Counted from the first letter of the stretch, positions 23,443 to 31,643 are shown. The stretch is 32,000 bases of DNA from Propionibacterium freudenreichii subsp. freudenreichii (GCF_000940845.1 NZ_CP010341.1:1500001-1532000), one strand, 5' to 3'. Notes: a model not told the origin generated them from the letters alone. Program-made: numbers and translations.

Positions 23443-24132
23443 TCAGACGTCGATATCCGGATCCATGTTGTCAGCCGGGCCGCGCTTCTTCTTCGGCTTG
23501 GTTTCCTTCTTGCTGGCCTCGCGCAGGCGTGCTTCCTCAGCCTTTTCGGCGGCCGCCTCTGCCTGGCGCTCTGCCTGCTTGCGGGCCCGTTCAACCTCGT
23601 GGTCGGCGCGGGCATCGCTCTTCTTGCGGGTGGGCGACAACACCATATGCATATTGCGCCCCTCCTGCTTCGGGGACTGCTCGACAACACCGTCGTCGCT
23701 GACGTCCTCGGCCAGGCGGCGCAGCAGGTTGAAGCCCAACTCGGGTCGCGACTGCTCGCGGCCCCGGAACATGATGGTGATCTTGACCTTGTCGCCGCCG
23801 CGCAGGAAGCGCACGACATGGCCCTTCTTCGTCTCGTAGTCGTGTCCGTCGATCTTCGGGCGAAGCTTCATCTCTTTGATGACGGTGTTCGACTGGTTGC
23901 GCCGCGATTCGCGGGCCTTCTGCGCATTCTCGTACTTGAACTTGCCGTAGTCCATGAGCTTGCAGACCGGGGGACGTGCCCCGGGAGCAACCTCGACCAG
24001 GTCGAGATCATGTTCGCGGGCAAGCTGCAGCGCCTGCTCGAGGCGAACAATGCCGATCTGCTCCCCGTTGGGTCCGACGAGGCGGACTTCGGGTACCCGG
24101 ATCCGCTCGTTGATGCGGAGTTCGTTGCTGAT
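23443..24132 (-). CDS. infC: Translation initiation factor IF-3, with a probable non-AUG (ATC or ATA) start and a roughly 58-aa charged C-terminal extension
   Basis: [29 protein letters not shown] is the canonical IF-3 N-terminus. TTGGAGGACATAATCAGC places the GGAGG SD 5 nt before ATC (24132) and 2 nt before ATA (24135). No SD precedes the upstream in-frame GTG/TTG codons. Confidence 0.9.
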   Translation of the reverse strand: MSNELRINERIRVPEVRLVGPNGEQIGIVRLEQALQLAREHDLDLVEVAPGARPPVCKLMDYGKFKYENAQKARESRRNQSNTVIKEMKLRPKIDGHDYETKKGHVVRFLRGGDKVKITIMFRGREQSRPELGFNLLRRLAEDVSDDGVVEQSPKQEGRNMHMVLSPTRKKSDARADHEVERARKQAERQAEAAAEKAEEARLREASKKETKPKKKRGPADNMDPDIDV

Positions 24133-24172
24133 TATGTCCTCCAATGATGTGGCCAATGTGGTGCACCGCACG

Positions 24173-24202
24173 AAAAAGGCCCTCACCCGCGGGTGAAGGC
24201 CT
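24173..24202 (-). terminator. Intrinsic terminator inside the infC 5' leader (candidate attenuator)
   Basis: The minus-strand RNA is AGGCCUUCACC CGCG GGUGAGGGCCU UUUUU, an 11-bp stem. The only non-Watson-Crick pair is G.U on the minus strand but C.A on the plus strand. It ends 40 nt before the infC start, and no minus-strand gene lies immediately upstream. Confidence 0.65.
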
Positions 24203-24370
24203 CAGAAACGCATCACGGAGAACCGGGCTGGCCGGTCATCCGCTCCATCGTACTGACCCAGTCGGCTGCTCACGTGACGCTCCATCGGAGCATCGACTGA
24301 GCCGAACAAGGTGGGAGTCCAGGCCTCCACTTGTGGGATCGTCCGTCGTGCGACGTCGATCAACTCAACT

Positions 24371-24376
24371 AGTTTA
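24371..24376 (-). promoter_or_regulatory. Candidate -10 (TAAACT) for the infC leader transcript
   Basis: The minus strand reads GACGAGCTAAACTAGTTGAG, which fits TANNNT. The -35 is weak. This would give a leader of about 190 nt before the terminator. Confidence 0.3.
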
Positions 24377-24476
24377 GCTCGTCACGGCGTCGAAACCGAA
24401 TTGCCGCGTGCCAGGGCCCCGACGGTACCTGCTGCCCGGGCGAGGCCCCGCGGCATCGATGTGCAAGTCTTGAGCC

Positions 24477-24959
24477 ATGAGTCCCACGACACTGGCCCTG
24501 ATCGTCGCCATCGTCCTCGTGCTGGTCGGCCTGCTGGTCGCCTTCCTGGGTTGGCGCCGACGCCGCAGTATGCGCACCGTGCTACGAGGATTGAGCCTGG
24601 GCCTGCTGTCCGCAGGGCTGTGGGTGACGGGCATCCTGTCGTTGCTGGCCGATGCCGCTCGGGGCATCTGGCACTGGGTGCGCGATCAGCACCTTGACAC
24701 ACGTATGTGGACCGGGATCGGGATCGCCGCCGCCGGAGTCGTGGTCTTCCTCATCTCCTCGGCCCTGGAACCGGTGGGAAGGGCGGAGGGCCGACGTCGA
24801 CGCGAGGCCCTGCTCGCACCCCAATCCGCACAGCAGCCGGTCACCGGGGCTGCGGCCACCGCACCCTCGGGGCAGGCGGCGGGCCCCGGCGCGGGACTGG
24901 ATGACCCCGACGAAGACGCTGAGATCACCGCGATCCTGAAGAACCACGGCATCCACTGA
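24477..24959 (+). CDS. Hypothetical integral membrane protein (3 predicted TM helices, Pro/Ala/Gly-rich linker, acidic C-terminal DAEITAILKNHGI motif)
   Basis: 160 aa with high GC3 throughout and hydrophobic segments (LALIVAIVLVLVGLLVAFLG, LSLGLLSAGLWVTGILSLLA, TGIGIAAAGVVVFLISSAL). I recognise no family. Confidence 0.7.
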   Translation: MSPTTLALIVAIVLVLVGLLVAFLGWRRRRSMRTVLRGLSLGLLSAGLWVTGILSLLADAARGIWHWVRDQHLDTRMWTGIGIAAAGVVVFLISSALEPVGRAEGRRRREALLAPQSAQQPVTGAAATAPSGQAAGPGAGLDDPDEDAEITAILKNHGIH

Positions 24960-25022
24960 CGGACCGGGCGCGGTGCCCCGACCGGGTCCGCCGCGCATCG
25001 CCCCGCCACACGGGGACGCTGA

Positions 25023-25886
25023 CTACAGCCGGCAGGCCGCGACCTCGGTCACCAGGATGGCCCGCGCGCCCAGATCCCACAGGTCATCCATGAGTCGTTG
25101 GGCCTCGGAACTGGGCACCATGGAACGCACCGCCACCCATCCCTCCCGCGCGAGCGGCGAGACAGTCGGCGATTCGAAGCCGGGGGTCAGGGCACTTGCC
25201 TGGTCAAGGATCTCGGAGGGGCAGTCGTAATCCATGATCACATAGCTGCGCGCCACCAGGACGCTGGAAAGACGCCGGGTGAGGTGGTCCAGGGCCGTCT
25301 CGTCGAGCTCCCCCTCGCTGCGGCGGATGAGGATTCCCTCGGACTCAAGGATCGCGTCGCCGAAGAGCGCCAGACCCGCCTTGCGCAGGGTGGTGCCGGT
25401 CTGCACGACATCGGCAATGGCGTCCGCCACGCCCAGGGCGATGCTCGACTCCACGGCACCGTCCAGGTGCACCAGCTTCGCGGTGAGGCCGTGCTGGTCC
25501 AGGTAACGACGCAGCAGGCCCGGGTAGCTGGTGGCGATCCTCTTGCCCTCGAGGCCGGCCACACCGGGCACGGCACCGCGGGGGGCGGCGAAACGGAAGC
25601 GACTGCGCCCGAAGCCGAGCGGCAGGATCTCGGTCGCGGCAGCGCCGGAATCGATCAGCATGTCGCGCCCGGTGATGCCCAGGTCGAGGGTCCCCTCACC
25701 CACGTACACCGCGATATCGCGCGGACGCAGGTAATAGAACTCGACCCCGTTGGCCTCGTCGAGGAGCACGAGCTCCTTGGAGTCGGTGCGCTGCGCATAG
25801 CCCGCCTCGCGCAGCATCTGCGCGGCGGCCTCCGACAGCGAGCCCTTGTTGGGCACGGCGATCTTCACGTAGTTCTCGTCACTCAT
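25023..25886 (-). CDS. hisG: ATP phosphoribosyltransferase (long form)
   Basis: 287 aa. Contains VKIAVPNKGSLSEAAAQMLREAGY and DLGITGRDML motifs, plus the C-terminal regulatory domain. Confidence 0.93.
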   Translation of the reverse strand: MSDENYVKIAVPNKGSLSEAAAQMLREAGYAQRTDSKELVLLDEANGVEFYYLRPRDIAVYVGEGTLDLGITGRDMLIDSGAAATEILPLGFGRSRFRFAAPRGAVPGVAGLEGKRIATSYPGLLRRYLDQHGLTAKLVHLDGAVESSIALGVADAIADVVQTGTTLRKAGLALFGDAILESEGILIRRSEGELDETALDHLTRRLSSVLVARSYVIMDYDCPSEILDQASALTPGFESPTVSPLAREGWVAVRSMVPSSEAQRLMDDLWDLGARAILVTEVAACRL

Positions 25887-25952
25887 CAGGAATCCTTAGA
25901 ACGGTGCATGGTGGGCTTTCCCGGATGCCCCTTGGAGCGGGGGCCGCGTGGC

Positions 25953-26219
25953 TCACAGGTGGCGGTAGACGTCCTCGAGGGACAGGCCCTTCTTCACCAT
26001 CATCACCTGGCACCAGTAGAGCAGCTGGCTGATCTCCTCGGCCGCCATGTCAAGCGTCTCGTACTCGGACGCCATCCAGACCTCGGCGGCTTCCTCAACC
26101 ACCTTCTTGCCGATGGCGTGTACGCCCTCGTCAAGTTTGGCGACGGTGCCGGAACCGGCAGGACGTTCGGCGGCGATCTTGGTCAGCTCGTCGAACAATT
26201 GGTCAAAGGACTTGCTCAC
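25953..26219 (-). CDS. hisE: Phosphoribosyl-ATP pyrophosphatase
   Basis: 88 aa. [25 protein letters not shown]...[13 protein letters not shown]...[13 protein letters not shown] is the MazG-like HisE fold. The start is GTG, and TAGGCT lies 6 nt upstream (26231..26226). Confidence 0.9.
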   Translation of the reverse strand: MSKSFDQLFDELTKIAAERPAGSGTVAKLDEGVHAIGKKVVEEAAEVWMASEYETLDMAAEEISQLLYWCQVMMVKKGLSLEDVYRHL

Positions 26220-26391
26220 GCGCCCAAGCCTAGTGCAGGGGCCTGCCGGGGCTGCTCGGTATCACCACGATCGCGCACGCCGACGAAGCCGGACACCGCC
26301 GCGGGCCTGCTCGTGGGGGCCAAACGAAATCGCTGGTGGGAACGCGTTGGTGGTGGCGTTTAGGATCGGTGATGAATACCAGGAGGTATCC

Positions 26392-28542
26392 ATGGCCAGA
26401 CGACCAGCGCACACGGATGACGTGCCCGATCAGGACACCAACCGTGAGCAGGACGCGCCCAAGAATTGGCGCAGTGAGGCACCCCAGGGGCCTCCTCCAC
26501 TCGACTCCCCCAAGCCGTGGCATACCGAGGGCCTGCCGAAGAAACCATCGGACGGGGACCGGCCCAAGCGCCCCTTGTGGATGCGCTTCGTTCCGTGGCT
26601 GATCCTGCTGCTGTTGTTCTTCATCGGCATCAACTGGTTCAACGCGGTGCAGGCACCCCCGACGATCAGTTACAACGAGTTCATCACCCAAGTGAAGGCC
26701 GACAACGTGCAGTCGGTACACGCCAAGGGCGATTCGATCGACGGCGTGCTCAAAAAGGCCGCCATCGCACCGGACACCTCAGAGACCAAGAAGGGTGAGA
26801 GCTACACCAAGTTCACCACCGAGCGGCCCACATGGGCGAACGACGACCTGCTGACCGAGCTCAACCAGCACAGTGTCACCGTGTCGGCCGTCTCGCTGGT
26901 CAACCAGACGAGTCCGTGGGTGAGCCTGCTGGTCGCCTTCGTGCCCTGGATCCTGATCATCGGCGTCTACGTGTGGTTCATGAACCGCATGAGCAAGGGC
27001 GGCGGCATGGGGGGCCTGGGCCTGAAACGTGATGTCAAGCCCGTCGAGAAGGACACCGTACGGGTCAACTTCTCCGACGTTGCCGGTATCGACGAGGTGG
27101 AGGACGAGGTCCGACAGATCGTCGACTTCCTGCGCAATCCCGACAAGTACCGCAAGGTGGGGGCGCGAGCCCCGAAGGGAGTGCTGCTGGAGGGCGAGCC
27201 CGGAACCGGTAAGACCCTGCTGGCCAGGGCAACCGCCGGCGAGGCCGAGGTTCCCTTCTTCAGTGCGTCTGCCAGCGAGTTCATCGAGATGATCGTCGGT
27301 GTCGGTGCCCAGCGTGTGCGCCAGCTGTTCGAGGAGGCCCGGAAGGCCGCGCCCGCCATCATCTTCATTGACGAGATCGACGCGATCGGACGCTCGAGGG
27401 CGTCCAACCGCTCCCTGGGTGGCAATGACGAGCGCGAGCAGACCCTGAACCAGATCCTCACCGAGATGGATGGCTTCGACGGCACCGAGGGGGTCGTCGT
27501 GATGGCGGCCACCAACCGCGCCGATGTGCTGGACCCGGCGCTGACCCGTCCCGGCCGCTTTGACCGTGTCATCACCGTCAGCCCGCCCGACCAGAAGGGA
27601 CGGGCCGCGATCCTGCGGGTGCACACCCGCGAGATCCCGACCGCCAAGGACGTGAACCTCGACCAATTGGCCGCCTCCACGCCGGGCATGACGGGCGCCG
27701 ATCTGGCGAACCTGGCCAATGAGGCCGCCCTGCAGGCTGCAAGCCGCAACGACACCCAGGTGTACCAACGCGATTTCACCAATGCCCTGGAACAGATCCA
27801 GCTCGGCGTGGCCCGCTCGGTGGTCATTCCTGACGATGAGCGACGCCGCACCGCCTACCACGAGTCCGGGCATGCCCTGCTCGGCATGCTCCAGAAGGGT
27901 GCCGACCCGGTGCGCAAGGTCTCGATCATTCCGCGCGGCCAGGCGTTGGGCGTCACGCTGTCGACCCCCGACACCGACAAGTACGGCTATGACGAGCAGT
28001 ACCTGTTGGGACGCATCGTGGGGGCATTGGGTGGCATGGCCGCCGAGAATGCGATCTTCGGCGTGGTCACCACCGGCGCCGAATCCGACCTCAAGCAGGC
28101 CACCGCCATTGCCCGCCAGATGGTGGGCAAGTGGGGCATGAGCGAGAAGGTCGGCCCGGTCATGGTCCTTCCCGACGATGCCGACCCGCGCCAGATCGGG
28201 ATCAGCGACGAGACGCTGTCGACGGTCGATGGTGAGGTCCGCAGGATCATCGGGGAATGCCAGGACAAGGCGGTCAGGCTGCTCAAGGAGCACCGGGCCC
28301 AGTTGGACTCCATCGCCACCAAGCTCCTCGAGAAGGAGACCCTGGACGAGAACGAGGTCTATGCGGCCGCAGGCATCGATCGTCCCCGCGATGACTCGAA
28401 CCTCTCGGGCGCCGAGGCCTCGCCGGCCGCCCCCGCACCGCCACCCGATACCCCTCCTGACGACTCCGGCACCGCGGCCCCGGCAGGGCCCACCCCACCG
28501 TCGAGCCTGTGGGGACCGCCACAGGGAAGCCCCTCGAGTTGA
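26392..28542 (+). CDS. FtsH-family ATP-dependent zinc metalloprotease (divergent paralogue-like)
   Basis: 716 aa from the ATG at 26392, after an AGGAGG SD. It has two TM helices, Walker A GEPGTGKT, Walker B IIFIDEID, SRH TNRADVLDPALTRPGRFD, and zinc site HESGH (27859-27873). The longer ORF-track N-terminus overlaps hisE on the opposite strand. Confidence 0.9.
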   Translation: MARRPAHTDDVPDQDTNREQDAPKNWRSEAPQGPPPLDSPKPWHTEGLPKKPSDGDRPKRPLWMRFVPWLILLLLFFIGINWFNAVQAPPTISYNEFITQVKADNVQSVHAKGDSIDGVLKKAAIAPDTSETKKGESYTKFTTERPTWANDDLLTELNQHSVTVSAVSLVNQTSPWVSLLVAFVPWILIIGVYVWFMNRMSKGGGMGGLGLKRDVKPVEKDTVRVNFSDVAGIDEVEDEVRQIVDFLRNPDKYRKVGARAPKGVLLEGEPGTGKTLLARATAGEAEVPFFSASASEFIEMIVGVGAQRVRQLFEEARKAAPAIIFIDEIDAIGRSRASNRSLGGNDEREQTLNQILTEMDGFDGTEGVVVMAATNRADVLDPALTRPGRFDRVITVSPPDQKGRAAILRVHTREIPTAKDVNLDQLAASTPGMTGADLANLANEAALQAASRNDTQVYQRDFTNALEQIQLGVARSVVIPDDERRRTAYHESGHALLGMLQKGADPVRKVSIIPRGQALGVTLSTPDTDKYGYDEQYLLGRIVGALGGMAAENAIFGVVTTGAESDLKQATAIARQMVGKWGMSEKVGPVMVLPDDADPRQIGISDETLSTVDGEVRRIIGECQDKAVRLLKEHRAQLDSIATKLLEKETLDENEVYAAAGIDRPRDDSNLSGAEASPAAPAPPPDTPPDDSGTAAPAGPTPPSSLWGPPQGSPSS

Positions 28543-28586
28543 GGGACTGACCGGCCCGCGCACGGTGACGGGTGACACCGGACCAT

Positions 28587-28632
28587 CAGATGGAGGGGCC
28601 CCGGACCAGTTGGTCCGGGGCCCCTCCATCTG
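28587..28632. terminator. Bidirectional terminator hairpin between the convergent ftsH-like gene and mshC
   Basis: cagatggaggggccccggacc agtt ggtccggggcccctccatctg forms a perfect 21-bp stem. Confidence 0.7.
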
Positions 28633-28651
28633 TCCCTTTGCGGGGTTGGCG

Positions 28652-29908
28652 CTACAACCGGATGCCCAGCAGGGCGTCCACGGCCTGTGAGATCTGCTGC
28701 GGCGCGGCCAGGTCGTCTCCGTCGCCCGCCAGGACTGCCGAACTCCATTCATCGACGACCGCCAGCGCCGTGGGCGTATCGAGGCCCTCCCGCAGGGCGC
28801 GGCGAATGTCCGCGATGACCGGCACCGCGTCGGTGCCCGAGGAGGCCCGCGTGGCGGCACGCCACGCGTCAAGGCGACGCTGCGCATCATCCAGCCCGGC
28901 CTGTGTCCACGACCAGTCGGAGGCGTAGCCGTGCGCCAACAGCGCGAGCCGGATGGCCATGGGATCAACGCCCTGGGCGCGCAGCTTGCTGACCAGCACC
29001 AGGTTGCCGAGCGACTTGCTCATCTTCTCGCCGTCCAGACCCACCATGCCGACATGGATGTACGCCTCGGCGAAGGGCTTGCCGGTCGCGACGATCGCTT
29101 CGGCCGCACACATCTCGTGGTGGGGGAACGCGAGATCGCGCCCACCTCCCTGCACGGCGAAGTCCTCGCCCAACCGGTTCAGCGCCGTGGCGGTGCATTC
29201 GATGTGCCAGCCCGGCCTGCCGCGTCCCAGCCGCGAGTCCCAGGCCGGCTCCCCGGGACGTTCCATGCGCCATACCAGGCAGTCCAGGGCGTCACGCTTG
29301 CCGGGACGTTCCGGATCGCCCCCGTGCTCGGCGAACTCCGAGATCATGTCCTGCCGGCTGAGATGACTCTCGGTACCGAAGCCGGGTGCCTTGCCCACCT
29401 CGAAATACCAATCGGGATACTGCGGATCATCAACCTGATAGATGGTGCCCTGTTGGCGCAGCCGTTCGATGAGCTCAACGACCTCATCGATGATCGAGGT
29501 TGCCGGCACGTACCAGCGGGGAGGCAGTACCCGCAGGGACTCCATGTCGTCGCGGAAGAGCTGGGTCTGGTCGCTGGCGAGCTCGCGCCAGTCAACCCCC
29601 GTGGCCCGTGCCCGCTCCAGCAGCGGATCATCGACGTCGGTGACATTCTGCGCATAGCGCACGTTGAGGCCGAGGTCACGCCAGACCCGGTCGAGGACAT
29701 CAAACATCACATAGGTGAAGGCATGCCCCATATGCGTCGCATCGTAGGGGGTGATACCGCACACATAGAGACCGGCATCACCGTCTGCCGGTCCGATCGG
29801 TACCGCTCTGCGGTTGTTCGTCGTGACCATGACAAGGCGTTCAGGCACCTTCTGGTCGCTCGGACTCGCAGGGATCGTCGGGACTTCCACCGTGGGCCAG
29901 GCTTGCAT
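28652..29908 (-). CDS. mshC: L-cysteine:1D-myo-inositol 2-amino-2-deoxy-alpha-D-glucopyranoside ligase (mycothiol biosynthesis)
   Basis: 418 aa, collinear with my recollection of M. tuberculosis MshC: MQAW..., YVCGITPYDATHMGHA, NVTDVDDPLLERA, GRPGWHIEC, DLAFPHHE, KMSKSLGNLV. TAGGTT lies 7 nt upstream of the ATG (29921..29916) and there is no SD. Confidence 0.9.
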   Translation of the reverse strand: MQAWPTVEVPTIPASPSDQKVPERLVMVTTNNRRAVPIGPADGDAGLYVCGITPYDATHMGHAFTYVMFDVLDRVWRDLGLNVRYAQNVTDVDDPLLERARATGVDWRELASDQTQLFRDDMESLRVLPPRWYVPATSIIDEVVELIERLRQQGTIYQVDDPQYPDWYFEVGKAPGFGTESHLSRQDMISEFAEHGGDPERPGKRDALDCLVWRMERPGEPAWDSRLGRGRPGWHIECTATALNRLGEDFAVQGGGRDLAFPHHEMCAAEAIVATGKPFAEAYIHVGMVGLDGEKMSKSLGNLVLVSKLRAQGVDPMAIRLALLAHGYASDWSWTQAGLDDAQRRLDAWRAATRASSGTDAVPVIADIRRALREGLDTPTALAVVDEWSSAVLAGDGDDLAAPQQISQAVDALLGIRL

Positions 29909-29974
29909 GAGGCCAAACCTACTCGGCCCGCACTAGGCTTTCGGAAACAGTGGTCGTTCGTGGAAAGGGGCCAG

Positions 29975-30964
29975 ATGCGCACCCGGCGGGTCGGCGCCAG
30001 CGGTCTCGAGGTGAGCCAGCTGGGCCTTGGCACGATGACATGGGGTGGCGACACCGACCTCCCCACCGCCACAGATCTGGTGACCACCTTCGTGGGCGCG
30101 GGGGGAACCCTGGTCGACACGGCCCCCGCATACGGGGGCGGAGCGGCCGAGCAGATGCTGGGTCGGATCATGCGCACGACACTGAACCGGGAAGACGTGG
30201 TACTCGCCACGAAGGCGGGTTTCGGGGTGCGCGACGGTCACCAGGTCATCGACACCTCCCGCAAGGCCATGCTCAACGACCTTGCGGGATCGCTGCGCCG
30301 CCTGCGCACCGACCACGTCGACCTGTGGCAGGTCCATGCCTGGAGCGACACACCCCTGGACGAGACCCTGGCGGCCCTTGACCAGGCCGTCCGCTCCGGG
30401 ATGGCCCGCTATGTGGGGGTGTGCAATTACATCGGCTGGCAGATCGGCACTGCCGCCACATGGCAGGAGGCCGTCCCCGACCGCAATCGGCTGGTCAGCG
30501 CCCAGGTGGAGTATTCACTGCTGGCCCGTCGGGCGGAGATCGAGGTGGTCCCCGCCCTGAAGCACCACGAGATGGGCCTGTTCGCCTGGTCCCCCATCGG
30601 ACGCGGTGTACTGACCGGCAAGTACCGCACTGGCACGCCACGCGATTCCCGGGGTGGCCGCAAGCACTTCAGCTGGTTCGTGGAGCCCTACCTGGAAGAG
30701 CGGAGCCGGGCCGTCACCGACGGCGTGGCACGTGCTGCCGAGGGATTGGGCCTGACACCGGCCCAGGTCGCGCTCCTGTGGGTGCGCGACGCACCCGGTG
30801 TGACCGCGCCGTTGTTGGGCGCTCGCACCACCGAACAGTTGCAGGCCTACCTGGGACTCGACGACGTACGCCTGCCCGAACCAATCATTGCGGCCCTGGA
30901 TGACATCACGGGCGGACCCAATCAGGGGCGGGCGCCTGCACATCGGGTCGACGCCGACGCCTGA
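29975..30964 (+). CDS. Aldo/keto reductase
   Basis: 329 aa from the ATG at 29975 (SD GAAAGGGG). Contains MRTRRVGASGLEVSQLGLGTMTWG, DTAPAYGGGAAEQMLG and DLWQVHAW motifs. The upstream part of the 677-aa ORF is antisense to mshC. Confidence 0.88.
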   Translation: MRTRRVGASGLEVSQLGLGTMTWGGDTDLPTATDLVTTFVGAGGTLVDTAPAYGGGAAEQMLGRIMRTTLNREDVVLATKAGFGVRDGHQVIDTSRKAMLNDLAGSLRRLRTDHVDLWQVHAWSDTPLDETLAALDQAVRSGMARYVGVCNYIGWQIGTAATWQEAVPDRNRLVSAQVEYSLLARRAEIEVVPALKHHEMGLFAWSPIGRGVLTGKYRTGTPRDSRGGRKHFSWFVEPYLEERSRAVTDGVARAAEGLGLTPAQVALLWVRDAPGVTAPLLGARTTEQLQAYLGLDDVRLPEPIIAALDDITGGPNQGRAPAHRVDADA

Positions 30965-30981
30965 GCCGCCTGTGGGGGCGA

Positions 30982-31233
30982 CTACACGAGTGCGGTCAAC
31001 CGGGCCCGGATGACCTTCCTGCGCAACCACACCTCGCGCGAACCATCGCGGTACCGCCTCAGCCGGGCCAGTTCCCACCCGTCATGCTCAGCCTGCTCGG
31101 TCAACAGGCGACGCACCTGGTTGCGGGTGACCTCACGCGTCAGCCTGAGGCACTGCTCCTCCGTTTCGACACCGGAACGCTCTCGCCTCCGGAGCCTGGT
31201 GGACGCGATCCACGAGCTGGGCAGGTAATCCAT
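30982..31233 (-). CDS. Small conserved actinobacterial protein, DUF5703-like
   Basis: 83 aa from the ATG at 31233 (SD GGGAGAAG). LLTEQAEHDGWELARLRRYRDGSREVWLRRKVIRARLT matches the DUF5703 pattern I recall. Hand-counted GC3 is 70/83 (about 84 percent) in this part, against 35/57 (about 61 percent) in the ORF-track N-terminal extension. Confidence 0.75.
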   Translation of the reverse strand: MDYLPSSWIASTRLRRRERSGVETEEQCLRLTREVTRNQVRRLLTEQAEHDGWELARLRRYRDGSREVWLRRKVIRARLTALV

Positions 31234-31281
31234 GGCTTCTCCCTGTTCACCGGTACCGGTCGATCGGATCGGATTCGCCGG

Positions 31282-31387
31282 TGCACGCGATGATAGCGCC
31301 GCGTTCACAACGCCCACGCCGTGGCGATGACAGCTCGGACACGGTTGCACGCGTACACGCGTGCAGGGCGGACACGGATGCACGCGT
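31282..31387. repeat. Cluster of TGCACGCG motifs, including a 19-nt direct repeat at 33-bp spacing and an 8+8 palindrome
   Basis: TGCACGCG occurs at 31282, 31346 and 31379, with an inverted copy at 31358-31365. CGGACACGGtTGCACGCGT (31336-31354) repeats as CGGACACGGaTGCACGCGT (31369-31387). GCACGCGTacACGCGTGC is a palindrome at 31347-31364. Confidence 0.8.
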
Positions 31388-31447
31388 TCGCGCGCGCGAG
31401 CCAAGGAATGCTATGGTTTTGGGGCGTTGCAGGAAACTGCACACAGT

Positions 31448-31536
31448 GTCCGGGTGGCGGAATAGGTAGACGCGCTAGCTTGAGGTGCTAGTGCCCGTTA
31501 TAGGGCATGGAGGTTCAAGTCCTCTCTCGGACACCA
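31448..31536 (+). tRNA. tRNA-Leu (anticodon GAG), type II with long variable arm, CCA encoded
   Basis: GTCCGGG TG GCGG AATAGGTAGA CGCG CTAGC TTGAGGT GCTAG TGCCCGTTATAGGGCAT GGAGG TTCAAGT CCTCT CTCGGAC A CCA. The acceptor stem has 7 bp with one G.U. The architecture is nearly identical to E. coli tRNA-Leu. Confidence 0.93.
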
Positions 31537-31542
31537 TCGTTG

Positions 31543-31587
31543 AAACCCTCTCTGACAAGGGGAAGCACCTAGTCGGAGAGGGTTTTT
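31543..31587 (+). terminator. Intrinsic terminator after tRNA-Leu
   Basis: aaaccctctctgac ... gtcggagagggttt forms a 14-bp stem (one G.U) with a 15-nt loop, followed by a run of T. Confidence 0.65.
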
Positions 31588-31643
31588 CATGCCTCTCTCG
31601 TGCCCGTGCGGCCGCTGACGGACGCTCCGATATGCCGACATCT

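Noticed and set aside
24960-25022. Terminator between the membrane-protein gene and hisG
   Set aside because: Only weak, interrupted hairpins are present (cggaccggg...ccgggtccg; ccccgccacacgggg) with no U-tract, which is not enough to call a feature.
26047-26391. 115-codon N-terminal extension of the ftsH-like ORF
   Set aside because: It overlaps hisE on the opposite strand, and a strong AGGAGG SD precedes the internal ATG at 26392.
26779-28968. 729-aa minus-strand ORF antisense to the ftsH-like gene
   Set aside because: It crosses the 21-bp terminator palindrome and enters mshC in the wrong frame. The translation is Gly/Arg/Leu-rich with no motifs, which is a typical high-GC antisense artefact.
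28931-29974. N-terminal 348 codons of the 677-aa plus-strand ORF preceding the aldo/keto reductase
   Set aside because: This part is antisense to mshC. The AKR family N-terminus (MRTRRVGASGLEVSQLGLGTM) and an SD occur at 29975.
31234-31404. N-terminal extension of the DUF5703-like ORF containing CPPC...CPSC, which looks like a zinc ribbon
   Set aside because: The two CxxC motifs are simply translations of the 33-bp DNA direct repeat. Hand-counted GC3 drops to about 61 percent against about 84 percent downstream. The extension would start at TTG with no SD, whereas GGGAGAAG precedes the ATG at 31233.
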